Below, piece after piece: positions 1 through 15,000 of a stretch of 64,000 nucleotides of DNA (positions are counted from its first letter, which is position 1; every line of letters begins with the position of its first letter). Source of the DNA: Podarcis liolepis. Taxonomy: Eukaryota. Position numbers and translations under genes: made by a program. The notes beneath the pieces were generated by a model. It had not been told where the DNA came from. It saw only the letters and a program-made list of their open reading frames with translations, and did not search any database. Location of the stretch: assembly GCA_965112155.1 (NCBI GenBank), contig OZ218098.1. One strand, given 5' to 3'.

Positions 1-461
1 GGCACTGAATTTAAATTCATCACCAGCAAATGTAAGCTCCAGTTGCAGCAGGGACTGACTCTGCTTGAGAATTTAGAAGGCACTGAAGGGAAGCCCCACT
101 TGCAGTGGAACAACTGGGAGCTGGCTTTAAGGCTCCCAATTGTTCCTTAGTAGCCTCAGTTTTACCCACGGATGTCAGCTGTGGGAGGGAGGGTGTGGCT
201 GGGGGAAAATAAGGACTCCTGCCAGGCCTAATTTGGCTGGCAGGCTGAAGGTTCCCCAAGCTGAGCTAGACCTACAAGTTGCGTGACCTGGTATAAAATA
301 GCTTCCTATGTTCCAAGGGCATGGGCACCTGAGCTCAAATTCCAGGGATCAGATTTGCATTTAGCTTCTATAATCTGTATTGCACTTCACAGTGGAGCCA
401 TGTGGCAGAGATAATGCCAGTTTGAGCTTTTCCTGTGCTACGTCCTGAAAAAAAACTCTAA

Positions 462-632
462 GGAAGTTGCCTTATATTGAGCCAGACAACCTGTTTATCT
501 AGCTCAGTGTTGCCTACACTGACTGGCAGCAGCTGTCCAGAGTTTGACACGTTTTTTCTCAAGCCCTACCTGGACAGACTGGCGATTGAACCTAGAATGT
601 GAAACGTATTTTCCACAACAGAGCTATATGGG
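462..632 (-). mobile_element. tRNA-derived squamate SINE (degenerate)
   Basis: Reverse copy of the family also found at 21190, 29010 and 37390 (core ctggagagctgctgccagtc...ataaggcagcttcct). Confidence 0.6.
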
Positions 633-1348
633 TTCAGTGGTTAGAGCAGAAGCTGGTGAATGAAGCCAGCTAGAGCTGCACCCAGTGGGTGCTTTTGAAA
701 GTGGAAGTTGATAAGCCTGGATTCAGATTTCTATTAATTGATTTATGTATTGGAAAGGGTGGGAAAGAGACAGAAGTCAACTCTTGTCCCCCCATGGGCT
801 ACCCCTGAGCCTTAGAGGCAAGCAGAGATATTTAAATGATATTTACTAAGAAGTTTAAATGAAAGTACAATATGTAATTGAATATATATTGAAAGAGGAA
901 TAGATGTTCATGAGAAAATGAAATTAAGAAACGCTGAAAATAGTGAAAAGCAATACAGTTTGTATATATTGTCTTTCCTACCATATCTGAGTGGGCTCAG
1001 AGAGGGTTACAAGATACCCAGAGAACTGAACAGAAATGTCTCTCCTAGATTCCAATCCAACACTTGGTTTTGCTGCACAACACGGATTCTGTGCCATGCT
1101 GCACATTTGCATCATATGTGAGTGTCTGGCTTTAGGTAGCTTTTCCCAAAGCCAAACCATGGTGCTGAGCCCTATGAGCCCTACTGCAGCTTCTGTGCTC
1201 AAGCTAAGCCCTTCCCAACTCTAGAGCCAGGGGCTGCAGTAGCTGTGGAGATCCTGTCATGGCTCTGTGGGCCAAAGATATGTGTCTGTGGGCTTGCTTC
1301 TCATGCTTAAGCCCTGGATCTTTGTGGAGGTGTGTCTTGGCCTTAGGG

Positions 1349-1728
1349 CAGGGCAGGGCAAGCTTTTTCCAGCCTAAGGGCCACACTCCTTTCTAGGCAA
1401 CCTACAGGGGGCCACATGCCAGTGGTGGGCAGAAGGAAAAGTGGGCAGAGCAGCAAATACAAAATTCACCTTTGTGCAGTAAGCTGATTTCTGCACACAT
1501 TCAAAGGACCCTCTTTGTCCTCCATCCAGAGAAGCAAGAGGCATTAGAATTCTCAAGGTTGCAGTCCCAGCTAGGCAAAAACACTTGAGAAGGATGCAGA
1601 GCAGCACCAGTGAAGGGTGTGGTAGCCTGGGAAGAGGCTGTGTAGCTGGGGAGAACCCTGAGAGGTAGATAGAGAGACCAGAGAGTGACATTTGGCTCTT
1701 GGGCTTGAGGTGGGGAACCTCACCCCTG
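1349..1728. mobile_element. Non-autonomous hAT-type DNA transposon (same family as 24289-24631)
   Basis: CAGGG...CCCTG ends; imperfect 8-bp TSD ccttaggg/gcttagag; internal similarity (cacatgccagtggtggg, tcctccatccag) to the 24289 copy. Confidence 0.6.
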
Positions 1729-3778
1729 GCTTAGAGGATGGCCGCAGCAAGCCACTCTCCAGCTTTGACTGCATCATGACCCAATGGATGGAGTTTTCTC
1801 ACTATCTTAAAAAGGCCATTCCCACCCGCCCCCACCGCGCTCCTGCAGTCTTGTGTGAGAGAACGGAGTTCTCATTGCAGCTATGGGGATCCAGTGAGGA
1901 TCCATGCAACTAAAAGTGCTGTCGTCTGGCACAAAGCAGGAGGTGAGGTGGGAAAAGAGGATATGGCAGGCCAGCCTTTATCTTCCCTTTTCACCCTACA
2001 TCCTGGCTCCAGAGACTGAGGGCTTGTAGATCTACACTGCTCTCCCTTATCAGCGCTTGCTGGCATCATGAATGCAACATGGCCTTCACTCCCTTGCGAT
2101 TTCTGCAGGTTTGGGTAGAGGCAGGGTTTCCCCCCATCCCCACCTCAACAAACCAAGATTTTGCCCCATCCCTCCTGACTCATCACAGACCCTCACACTC
2201 CTATCCTCTTCCTCTGCTGTTTTGCTGCCCAGCAAACCTGCCCACTAGCTGCCTACTAGAGCAGTGGTTTTCACACTTGAAAATTTTGCCCGTCTGTATT
2301 TATTCAAGATACTGGTGCAGATTCAACTAAATTGTTGTGTTAGGAGAAGCCAATGGAAGAGCTCCTATTACTGCAATAGGATTTTCCTCCATCAATGCCC
2401 CCCGTGCTCCCCCACTCCTTCCTCATGTGTTCCCTCCCTCCCCAGATCTGCTCAGCAGGGTCAGGAGATCCCCTAGAACAGCATGAGAGGGGAAGAGAGG
2501 GGAGATAGTTCTGCCCGGCAGGCGGAAATGCTTCCACTGACAGTAGTGTTTACCCAGCAACTTTATGGACCCCTGTGGGAATCCATCCTCCTCCAAATCT
2601 GTTGGATGAGGCTAGCCATGCACTGGAAACATTAACAGGGCTACAGTGGCCCACTGATTGATGATGTCCTTCTCTCTCCCACCCACCTAATGCTCTCTGC
2701 AATTTTTCACAGTTTCCAACATTATTATATACGCACTTACACCCACATATATTTTATATAATGAATATATGCAGTAAACAACCAATAGCTATAATAAACA
2801 ATAAAAGCAAAATCTAAAATAATGATCAAAGCAAATTCTTTCCCAATGGGCGATCAAGTCAGAGAAGAGAATTACGGCTCACCTAAAAGTTACTATCGCT
2901 GGTTGTAAATTGAATTACCTTCTGCATACCCCTCTGAATATCAATTCTTCATTCAATACCGATTCAATTACATATTGTGCTTTCATTTTAACTTCTCAGT
3001 AAAGTTAATTTAAACTTCTTCGGTTGTCTGTCAGATTCACGGGCACTCCAATAAGCTCCTCATCAGGGAACTGGAGTTCAGCTCTGGATCTTTTCCAAGG
3101 CATAATTCAGAGAAAAGTCTTGGTTCAACATTACAAATTGCTGTAACTTGAGACACATCCCACTCAACTGCACCTCTGGTATAAGTTGAGCCTGTTGAAA
3201 CAGGGGAAGAGAAAAAGACAAGAGTGACATACAGAGTTCACTTCCTGCTCCCTGTTTGAAAGCCACTATTTGAGAAGCAGAACTATGATGGAGGAAGTTG
3301 CTTGCCCACACATGAGTCCAGAGTAATATCCTGTTTGTCTGCCATTGGTTGCCATACAAATAGTTATACTCAGTTGAAAATGGGAAATGCCAATTAAAGT
3401 GCCAGGGGGCTGTGACCCCTTGGAAGGCTTTCTGTTTCACCTGTGCTCATAACCAGGGCTCTGTTTTGAACTCTAGGAAGCAGGAAAACAACGTGCCTCT
3501 GAGCATGTGCAAAGTGTCTCCCCTCACCCACATCTCTGAGCAATTACCAGGCCCTTTCATTTGGCATTGCAGGTCAGATGATATGACATTTAGTTATTCT
3601 TGAGCCCGCTTCTCCTTACAGAAACTGAGCCCTTTCTATAAATTGAAGGGGCAACTGAGATAGGATATTTTGTTCCATAGCACAGATTCCCTGTAGGTCA
3701 ATTTGAGATCATGTGTCCTCCTTCTTGTGGCCACAGGAGCACAAAGGTGCTCCATCCATTCACAATGTCTCTCTTCAG

Positions 3779-4051
3779 CTCCGAAGGTGCACATCGCTCC
3801 AGTGTCAGAGGCCCAGTGTCTCCAGACAATCCTGACTGGGATGCCTCTCCTCCTGGAGTGTGAAGTCTCTGCCTCTGATGCTACTGCCCAGTGGTTCAAG
3901 GATGGAAATCCTGTGGACCATGACATCTTCACGGTGCAATCAGAGGGCTGCATTCGGAGGCTGTTGGTTCATTCAGCCTGCCCCCTGGATTCTGGGACGT
4001 ATACATGTGACACAGCTGATGACACTGTGGACTTCACTGTGATGGTGGATG
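3779..4051 (+). CDS. OBSL1: OBSL1 Ig exon (APKVHIAP...DFTVMVD), 273 nt
   Basis: Acceptor ctcttcag, donor G|gtgagt; WFKDG and DSGTYTC motifs. Confidence 0.9.
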
Positions 4052-7000
4052 GTGAGTTGAGTCAAAGAAATGTCAAAGGAGTGCATGAGGCAAGCCCTAA
4101 ACCTGTAGTCTTCAGCTTTTCCAAACCTGAGATGCATTTTTAACTCATATGGACCCATTTATCCCTCCCCCCTCTTTACCATCTAGTTGTATGGTGGTGC
4201 AACATACCTTATGTTAGGTCATGACCTACTTTAGGGTCCCAACCCACCAGTTGAAGATCAAAAATGCTATTAGACCTAAAGTGCTGTTCCTGGCTGAAAA
4301 AACTCAGGAGCTGGTGACAACTTCTCAGAACAGCTGCCCAGTCTCTCTCTTCATTGCCCTTTTAGGACCTGAACCAAGTTTATCTACTTGAGGCCACCCA
4401 TATCTCTGCCTTTCTTCATGCTCTCGTTATTTCATTGTCGTTTTTGTGTAATTTATAGGTGCCATACCTAACTGATTGTTAATAATCTCAGCAGCACCAG
4501 TCTCTTCTAAAACGGCAGGCATGCTGCAAGCACCAAGATCCCTGCTTCCCACCTGTACCTCATCCACTATCTCCTGCTCCAGTGAAATGCACAGCACTGA
4601 GCCTCCTGTTCCATTGCTCCCCCAACAACTCACATAAGAAATGATGCCCTCACTCTCTGTTCTATGCTTTTATGACATTTCTATGCTATGGCGGTATTAT
4701 GATGGAGATCCAGTATGGTGTAGTGATTAAGACCCGGTACAACGAGGTTCAAATTTCCAATCAACCATGATTCTCCCTGGGTGATCTTGGGCCAATCACC
4801 GTCTCTCAGCCTAACCAACCTCACAAGGTTGATATGAGGATAAGATGGAGGGGAGGGACCACCTTGGAGAAAAGATGGGATATGAATGCAATAATAAATA
4901 AATAAATTTCTCCCCTGCAGAGCTGCCTGTCCGAGTTCTGCACTCCAATGCAGACGCAGCCCATGCCTATCGGGTCTCAGAGCGTGTAGTGCTGGATTGT
5001 GAGTTGTCCTGCTCTGATGCCGTTGTGTGCTGGTACAAGGACGGAGAGGAGGTGGAGGAAAAGGATGGCCTCCTGTTGGAGAGCGAAGGGCCTCATCGCC
5101 GTCTGGTTATTATTGCGGCCCAGGTTCAGGACACAGGGGAGTTTGCATGTGGCACTGGGGGCGACACTGTCTTCTTCAATGTCACTGTCACAGGTAAGCA
5201 AGTCTCCAGGGTTCAGTCCCAGTGATCTTGTGCCCAAATTCACTCTTCCTCTTTGACTTAGGTATGGATTTCTGTCTCTTGCTACTAACCATGATGTTCG
5301 TTCTTCACTAATTAGAGGAAGCCATATTTGAGATTTCTGGTTCCTATCCTTTCTGTTCTATCTCAGAGCTTTCTAGAATAAAGTGGCTCTAAGTCATCTC
5401 ACACAGGGGATGAAGCCTCATATATTCCTACATTTGTCTTGTAGAGCCACCCGTGCAGATTTTGCACCCAGTGGAGCGTTCACTAGAGAAGCATATACAG
5501 GCATTTGAGTGCTTGGAGCTGAGCTGCGAGGTGTCGATTCCCAATGCCCCTGTGCGCTGGTTCAAGGACGGCCTGGAAGTGGATGAGACAAACAACTTGT
5601 TGCTTCAAATGGAAGGTGCTGAGCGTCGCCTAGTTGTCCTGCAGGCAAGTGCTGAAGATGCTGGTGAATACATCTGCGAGACCAAGGATGAGTCTGTCTC
5701 CTTTGATGTCAGAGTTTCAGGTGAGCACTCTGATCTTGAACCTGCAGTTCTGAGAAGAAGGAGGAGAAAAAGCACCCAAAGCCCTAACCCATTTTCAACT
5801 TTAAACCAGCACAGAAACTTAAATTCTAAGCACACCAGTCCCAACACAGCCCAGACTGAGTTACAACTGGCTAATCTGTAAATGAAGCCTTTCCTGCTCT
5901 AGTCCAGGGATGGGGAACCTGTGGCCTCTGATATTAGCCATGCTAGTGGAGTCCCAACAGCAGATGAAAGGTCATTTGTTATTCGCCCTGGTCTAGTCCC
6001 AGCCATAAATCTGGGTTTATAGATTAGTGTATAGATTTGGGCACAGAATTATTATTAAAGCACTCACAATGTATATTATACTCATAAAATCTCTGGAAAC
6101 GGAATTAATGCCAGGGACAAATGGAATAGTACAAGAGACACAGAGTTGCCATTACGCTGTGTCTCTTTATACCCTTTTCTTGTGAGGTGATCCAGAGAAA
6201 GTTTCATTGTGCTGTGGGTCTTCCACCCTCATCAGACAATGTCTGGCCTTCACAAACATATATGCCCTTTTAAATTTTCGCAGGGAATCGTCCCTCTTCA
6301 GTACAGTGCAATTGGAACATAGCCTAGGGCTTGCCGATAGGAAGATCGGCCGTTCGAATCCCCGCAACAGGGTGAGCTCCCGTTGCTCGGTCCCTGCTCC
6401 TGCCAACCTAGCAGTTTGAAAGCACATCAAAGTGCAAGTAGATAAATAGGTACCGCTCCGGTGGGAAGGTAAACGGTGTTTCCATCCGCTGCTCTGGTTC
6501 GCCAGAAGAGGCTTAGTCATGCTGGCCACATGACCCGGAAGCTGTACGCCGGCTCCCTTGGCCAATAAAGTGAGCTGAGCGCCACAACCCCAGAATCGTC
6601 TGTGACTGGACCTAGCGGTCAGGGGTCCCTTTACCTTTACCTTTACATTGACGCCCAGAAATGTTCAGCAAGCCTGATGCCAACTTAATCTACACCAGCA
6701 GATTATTACAGTATTCTCTAATGAGAACATAAGAGGCCTGCTGGATCAGACCAAAGGCCCTTTTAGTCTGGCATCCTGTCCTCACAGTGGCCAATCAGAT
6801 GCCTGTGGGGAGCCCCACAAATCAGGCATGTGTGCAACAGAACTCTCCCTGTTTGGGATTCCCAGAGACTGGGATTCAGAGACACCCTGCCTCTGGCACT
6901 GGAGGTAGTACACAGCCATCGTGACGAATAGCCTTATCCTAAACCCCTCTTAGAGCTGCCCAAATTGGTGGCCATTACAGTACTACATTTTCTGGTAGTG

Positions 7001-10000
7001 AATTGCATAATTTAATTACGTGAAGAAGTATTTAGTTTTGACTGTCCTCCTGAATCTTCCAATGTTCAGCTTCCCTGGATCACCCTGGGTTCTAGTATGA
7101 GAAGGAGATAAACTTCTCTCTGTCCGCTTTTTCCACACCATGCATAATTGTATGTACTTCTGTCATGTCCCCCTTTCTCACCTTTTTTCCGAACTACAAA
7201 GCCCTAGACACTGTACCTTTTACTTTATAGATAAACTTATTGTGCTCTTGCAGGCAAACCCTGAGAGAGCTCAAATAATCAATACAAAGGAGGGATTGTC
7301 ATTCCATGCATGCATGTTATGTGTTCGCTGTGAGATCCCATCTCTTAGGGATTGGCCTCCATAGTGCTAGTGGTGGTTTGGGAATCCCTACTGGCCAAAA
7401 TTCACAGGGTCAGTAAAATAATAACTCTTATTTAGACCAATATTTGTTTACAATGCATTGTATGAGCTTTTGCTGGCCAAAGCTTTGGCTTTGCGTACTG
7501 TGGAAATGCCAGAGCTTTGCTAAATGTGTTTCTAAGGAGGCAGTAAATAAATAGGCCATCTACCTAAATAGGGAATCTCCCTTGCCGTTTGGGGATCCAA
7601 CAATGCTATTTGCATGAGTGCATCCTTCTATGGCTGCACTTCAAACAGCTCTCAAACATTTATTCTGACCAGTATATAAATTTGGCAAAACCTGTAGAAG
7701 GAGTTGAATTCTGCACAGAGGACTCCAGCTACAAATGTTTGGGCGGAAGCTGCTAGCATGGTGCTGCAGCAAAAAGGCCTAATACCACCCCCAGGTGTAT
7801 TTGGGGGAGCTACTCTTAACCGTACAGGCACCCTCCAGCATTGCTTTGAGTTCTAGCAGCCCTTTTAAAAGTATGGCTTTAAAATAATTCCTGGAGAGGG
7901 AAGTTGGAGAACTGTTGGAATGACCTATGATTGGGGAAGTCAGGCCAAACTGTATGTGATACTCAGTTACATGTAGAGTTTCCTCAGTGTTTCTCCCACA
8001 TGCCCCTCCAGTGAGAAAATTGTGGGTGTGGCCCAGCAACAGCAGTGTTGCCTGTTGCCACTTCATATCTGGGCTGCCTGCCCTCTCCTTCCAGAACCCC
8101 CTGTGAAGATCGTGCAGCCCCGCAGGACTCCCTCTGTCCTGAAGGCCTCAACGGGGGAGACAGTGACCCTGACCTGTGTGCTCTCTCATGGGAATGCGCC
8201 AGTCCGCTGGGTTAAGGACGGTGTCACGCTTGAGGCTAACAGCGGCCTCATCCTGGAGGAAGAGGGTGCCCGGCGGTGTCTGGTCATCCCTGCAGCTGGC
8301 CCAGAGCATTCTGGGAAGTACACCTGCAACGCTGTTGATGATACCATGGCCTTCGCCGTCCAGGTGTCTGGTGAGTGCAGTGCTCAGGGACCCTGGTAGC
8401 ACCAGGGAAGGGAGCTGAGATAAGAGTGTGGGTGGGTGGTAATTTGGGCAGGGGGGTGTTGGAATTCCAAGCCAGTGTTGCTGGGATGGATTTCATGTAC
8501 TGATACATTCCAGACCCCAGGCACTCTCATTGTCGGCCACATTCCTTGCACTGCCTTCTGTACAGAGCTTAAGCAAACTTGTCCTGGAGCTTATTGAGGA
8601 CTGGCTGTACATTCCCCAGAGCCGGTGCTCTGGGCATCAGCTTGACTTTATCTCTTAAATCCAGACAGGTTCTAATTTGGTAATGAAAGCAGAGGCATAA
8701 CAGTATTATTTCCTAAAGAACTGAGCCTGCAATCTGGTCTTGTATGACTTTGGTAGCATTCTTTGCCAGTAGACTCATAACAAACACCCCTGACCATTAA
8801 AGTCCACGGGAAGTGTTTGCTCTAAACATTGGCTTTTTGTGATCTTCTGCCCTGGATTTCTGGTTCCTTGGCTTGCCTAGAAGTGCGCTGGCTTTTCTTT
8901 GTGTTTTCTGCATTCTTGTACCGCTTGATGCTGTCATTCCCGCTAGTATGTTTGCACATCATTCATTGTCCAGAGAGAGCGTGTGCATGTTGTTCTGAGC
9001 ATGAGTTCGTAAGCACTCCATGTACTACAAATGCAGCCCTATCATTAATAGCAGATTTTGGGTTATTGCTAATCACCAGTTATTTGTTACGTGCAAGATC
9101 AAAACGAACAAACCAAAACCCATGCAGCCAGCTATACAGTAAATAATAATACAGTACATTTAAAAAGCCAGGGCAAATAAGAAGTACATCTGAACCTGGA
9201 GCCAAAATATAAAATACAATGTAGGAGTTTCAAAGCTGGAGCACCACCAGCAAAAAGGCTCCTCTTCTTCAGGGATATGGGTCCCCCCCTTCCGTTACTA
9301 TGGGGAGCACCATTTGCATTTCCTACACCTGGCACAAAAGTGACTTGTGCTGCCCTTTTCTTTCTCTGAGGCTCCAGAGATGGCCACAACCGGAGACATG
9401 CGTGTTGTGTGTGGCGAGGTGAGGATTTAAGCTTGGGAGACTTGGGGTTTGAAGTTGGCCTCACACTCAAGGCCGAAGACCCAAAACCACAAATGTCAGG
9501 TTCATGGAGTTCTGTGCACAGAAACAATGTGTTCCATCTCATACATATTGATTTGAAAATATTCTTCCTCATGCACACAAGATCCCCTCTTTCTCCACCA
9601 TCTGGTTCCCTGGAACATTGTAGATAGGAGGGTTCTAATATGGCCCACATACCAAGGTTTCTCCTACCCAGTCCAAAGAACTGCTGTGTTGGGTTGGGAG
9701 GGGATTTGAAACCCTGCTTCTTCCTGATATCAGTTCAGATCTATTGCTGTTCCTGAGTGGACCATTTCTTTTGCTTTAACTGGCTGGTTTTAAGGATTGC
9801 CACAGTATTTTACCAATAGAGGTTGTATGCCTATAGCAGTGGAATGGCAGGCTTATTGAGCTACTCTTTACATGCAGTTATCTTTTGGTGTGAGACTTGT
9901 TCTCTGATTGTGATGCACTCTCTTAGTCTTAGTTATGTGAAAGGTTAAAACTGCAGGGGAAGATGTTGCTATGTGCTGTAGATTCATTTCAGCCACAGAG

Positions 10001-12042
10001 GAGAAGCTGAAGAAGACTTTTGGTCTTGTCCAACCCCTAAGACTCGATTACTCTGAAATTTTATTAGATAGGTAGCAGCTGCTTAGTAGGAGTGTATGAT
10101 GTTCTTGTGGGGTGGTGGGTGGGGGGTGTCTTTATGATTTACCAGTGAAGTAGAGGTTCATAATGTGAAGGAGATGAGCAGTATTCATTCTGCACTTCCT
10201 TGAGATTGAAAACTGGATCCCATCACCTTGCTGCTTTGCTTAGAGAAGGGTATTCTTAATAGGACTGTTGCCAGCTTAGTAAAATGAAAACTTTTTATGA
10301 GTGCATCTGGCACGATTAAGGTGGGTTAATGCAAGACAACAATGAATAGCATGGATTCAGGGGTCATTTTCTCCTCGGATAGAACCCCCTAGCTTCTTGG
10401 TGCCAAAAATGTTTTCCACCCCACATCACACCAATAAGCAACAGTAGCTTGCAAACAGGAAGCTCAACAGGAAGTACCTAATTAAATGGTACTTCTGGTC
10501 ACAGGAGTATAGAGGGACAGTTGTCGTTTTTGGCACAAGGGTTTCTCTGTTCTCTCCTGCCAATCATAAAGAAAGTGTCTTTCCCTTATTATTGGTTTGT
10601 CACAGCCAGTTCTCCAAACTGGACTTTATAGTTACAGTATTGGGGATGGCAGGGGAATGCCAATTCCACATAGGAAAATGAAGAATTGAGGATAGCTGCA
10701 ACACATTTTTTGACATCCTGTATGTTTTGAGCAGAAACCCATGGAAATGCTTAGTCACAGGAATGCTATCAGCCACCATAGAGGCTGGAGTAGTTAACAG
10801 TGGTGTTAGCAGAGGGCCCCCCTAAAAGAGGGCACAGATTTGCATGTAATGATGATGATGATAATTTTATTATTTGTATCCTGCCCACCTGACTGAGTTG
10901 CCCCAGCCACTCTAGGCAGCTTCCAATAAATAAAAGCATAATAAAACACCAAACATAAAAAACCTTCCCTATACAGGGCTGCCTTCAGATGTCTTCTAAA
11001 AGTTGTATAGTTATTTATCTCCTTGACATCTGATGGGAGGGAGTTCCACAGGGTGACTATGAGCCTGCTCAGTCTGTTGTTCAGGTGTTCACTGTTGATG
11101 GGCAACGTCAAGACCCCCGCCCGCCCCTCCTGCTGCTTTCCCTTCTCAGGGTTCGGTTTTTTTAAACATTACTTGGATTGGACCACCCTTCAGGCAAAGA
11201 ACTTAAAAGTGAGCTGGGCTGCGTACACATTACTGGTTAAAATGCAGCAAGGTCTCCTCCCTGCTGCATTTCAAATCATATTTGCATATTGTCATACACA
11301 TCATTACAGCTGGATGTGTTTCCAGGTTGCCTGCTGTCTGTCCATGCCAGTGGGCAGAGAGGGGGCACGGAAGTCTTAAGATGACTTATGTTTTCAAATC
11401 ATATTGAAGCTCGTTTGGGGTAAAACACATCAAAACTCAGTATTTCTCAAGAAACTGCAGGATAGATGTGGATTGTGGCTAATGTCATGTGTACACAGCT
11501 TCCCAAACCAGTGGTGGGTGTGCCCTGGATGCAGAGTCAATGGGAGTGTGTACACAACCCGGTGTGCTGATGAGAACAAAAGGAGTCTTGAGTGGGGGGA
11601 AATGTCTGCTGTGCTTTGTAGTTTTGGCCTCTAGGTGGCACTGCATTTGTGGCAGTGGCGTGTAGTCTTGGCAGTGGATTTGTTTTCAGTAGAATCAGCA
11701 CGTAAGTGATTATCAGACAATTTCTCAGAACTCATATCCAAATGACGGGACGGAGGCCAGGAGACAGGATGTTCTTTGACTTTTTTTTGGTGGGGGGAGA
11801 GAGTAAGTAAAGAAGCAAGCAAGCAGCCCCAAAGGAAAACTCCATCAATTAATAAACTTGAGATGGAGAAAGATTGCATGGCCCATGAGAAGCGTGCTGG
11901 TTACGCACAGCTAAGGAAAACGTACGCCCTGATGCACATTTGATATGGGAATTTGTCTCACAAGCCAAAAAGAATTTGTTATGAAGGCAAGAAAACAAAA
12001 GGAGCAAAATTCCAAGGCAATTGGGCATCTTAAGTGCCCCCC

Positions 12043-12086
<44 letters not shown>

Positions 12087-15000
12087 ATGTTGCTGAAGGT
12101 GTATGTGTAGACATGGTCAGCCTCTTGGATGAGAGACCCCTGGGAGGCTTCTGTAAGAGGAGGATAGGATATGTTTTCACGTGTTGCTTCAGTTGGGCAT
12201 ATAAAGCCTACAGTGTCCCAGATGCTCATGTCATTTGCATTGACCAGTGCCTCTCCTCCACTTTTCTTCTGCATGAGCAGTGATTGGATATAGCATAGCT
12301 AGTTTGAGACAGGCGGCTCAAAGTCAATTTAAACTTGACATGTGAAAATGGCAGTGCCCTCCATATCACTTGCATGTAAACTCCTATGCCCAGTTTATTT
12401 CAATTGATCTTAATCTCATTTAACATTGTAAACCTGCCCATTGGCTCAAAATGCCCAAAACAGTATACTGACACATTTTTTGTATAGAAAATGGAAGTAA
12501 TTGTTGTTATATTCTTTGCTGTGCCCAGGACTCTTTGCTCCCTGACACTGTTGTGAGCAAGCCTTCTTGGTGCTTAACTGAAGTTGCTGGGACTGACCCT
12601 AAGCAGCAAGTCATCCCCAAGTCAAATGGACCCATAGCCTCAGAATGATATAACATTGGTTAAACCCATGGAATTTAGGTGCCCCAAATGCTATACTTCA
12701 ATTCATTCCAGTTCTCTTAAACGACATAGTGCTTAGGGTGCATTTTATGTACAACCAGGAAAAAAATAGTCTCTTGGGTAGGGAGGCTGTTGTTAGGATG
12801 AACACAATATGGATTGCAGAATGCTTTGCACAGTAAGAGTGCTATGAAAATGTTTACTGGATTGAGAAGCAGTGGAAAGTTAACAGAACCTTTGTTTATG
12901 CTGGCAGACCCCCCAGTGCGGATTGTGGGGCGTGATGAACTGCAGACTCAGCACCACTGCCTGACCTCGGAGGACCTGACCCTGTCTGTGACGCTGTCTT
13001 GCCCTAAAGGAGAGGTGAAGTGGTACAAGGACGGAGAGAAGCTGCAGGACACAGACCATGTGCGTCTGGAGCAGGATGGCGCGTGCCATTCGCTGGTGAT
13101 TCTGGGAGCAGAGCGCTGTGATGCAGGAGAGTATCTGTGTGACAGTGGTGATGACAGCCTCATCTTCTACGTCACAGTAGAGGGTAAGGTCTGGGCCTGG
13201 AAGGAGAGGGGCCGCTTTTGAGAACCTTAAAAAAAATAAAAATACCAGTATTTTTTTTCAAGGCAAGAATGCAGTCTCACAGCAGAAAGAGCATCATGTT
13301 CCAGCGTACAGATTGCTTCAATATTATTTCAGTAATTTAAATTCAGTAAGGGAGAAAAAGGTTTCGATGGGAATTTGTCCTCCCACGTACATTTGCAAAA
13401 GGTCAACTTATTCACAGTCATTACCTTTTGTTTCGTGTTTCCATCAACTACAGTTCTGGCTGCTATTGTAATGTTGCCCACAAATTCTCAGTGTCTCTTG
13501 AATAGAATCTCGGAGGGATCCTCATAATGTTAGGAAAAGAAAGAGTGGGAAATTCATATCCTGTAATTTATTGCTTCGGCTTCTTTATGCCAATAGCATT
13601 CAGTTTCTTCTCCTTGACATCAACATGCATGTAATTAGCTTGCCTTCATAGTTGCATCTCCAGCTTCTATATGAAATGCCACTGATATAATATCTTGTAA
13701 CATTTATCATTCAAAGCACCTGTTAAGTGGAATCTCTGCAACAAATAATCTCCCATCATCCATGGTGATATTATGAGTTAAAACTTGTTCTTATTGATGT
13801 TTGCAGTAATAATGAGGGTTGTGGATACTTGGTGCTTTAAAAAAAACCAGCAGTCTAACAACAATCAACTTTCAGGACCAAAAAAGCTGTATTCTACATG
13901 AATTACTTACGAAAACCAAGCAAATGCATATCTATTTGCTTATTTTCAAGAATGCTGGTGGTTTTGGAGAATACTAGCACCTCATCTCCAACTGCTGTTG
14001 AGAACATATTTATATTTTGTTATATATAAAAATATTTAGATACCGCTGTATCATAGAAATAGATCACAGAGTTTTACAATATAAAATCATATAGTAAAAT
14101 CTTTTTTTTTTAAAGAGATGGGTTTTAACCACTTAATGTGGAAACTTAGAAGGTGCCTGTGAACAGATAGTAGCTGTGGCAGAAAAGTACAAAGGACAAG
14201 TCCCTGGTATATTGAGTTCTGTTCTGGGGTCAGGGGGCACTTCCAAACTGTCAGTTTTTTTATGCAAAGTAAGTTGATTTGGTGCTGTCCTGCAACAAAC
14301 GCACTTTCCCCCAAAACTGGACCTTTTGTGATAAGGAAAGTGATGGGGAAATTCACTGGAAAAGGTGAGATAACAACTGTTTGATGCAGAATTGTATAAT
14401 CTCCCCAGGAATGAGAATGAATACTTAATAAACAACCTCCCCGCAGACTTGGTGCAAACATGCTCTATAAGCAGGTTGTCTGGAAGTGACCTGGAGCAGG
14501 TCATAAAGCTACTGGTGGCTGCTAATCCTGATCACTGTATATTACCTCCAGTGTATTCCATACGGTCTGCTTCTGAATGCCAGTTTCTGGGGATCACAAG
14601 TGGGAAGAGGGCGATTGAACCCGTGTTTTGCTTGGGCATCTGGCTGACCATTGTGAGAGCAGAATGCTGCACTAGAGAAGTCTTTGGTGTGACCCAGCAG
14701 GACTCCTCTTGTGTTGTTACAGCTGCCCACCCAGGAAAGAGACCCAAGGAAATCACTCCATCTGTGGACAGCCTGACAGGCCTCACCAGACACTGAGAGG
14801 GCTGCAAGTTGTGGGCAGTGAGAACACCACAGTGTATGAGCTCTAATGTGCTGGTGTTTGATGTTTCATAGCAAACTGCCTATCAGTCCTTCATGTGTCC
14901 TCTGAAATCAGTCTCATGTGAATACACTAAGCTTTTAAGGCTCTCCCCATTTAAAGGACTCTCTAGTTTTCCCCTCCCCCAAACCTGGGCCTGCTTCATG

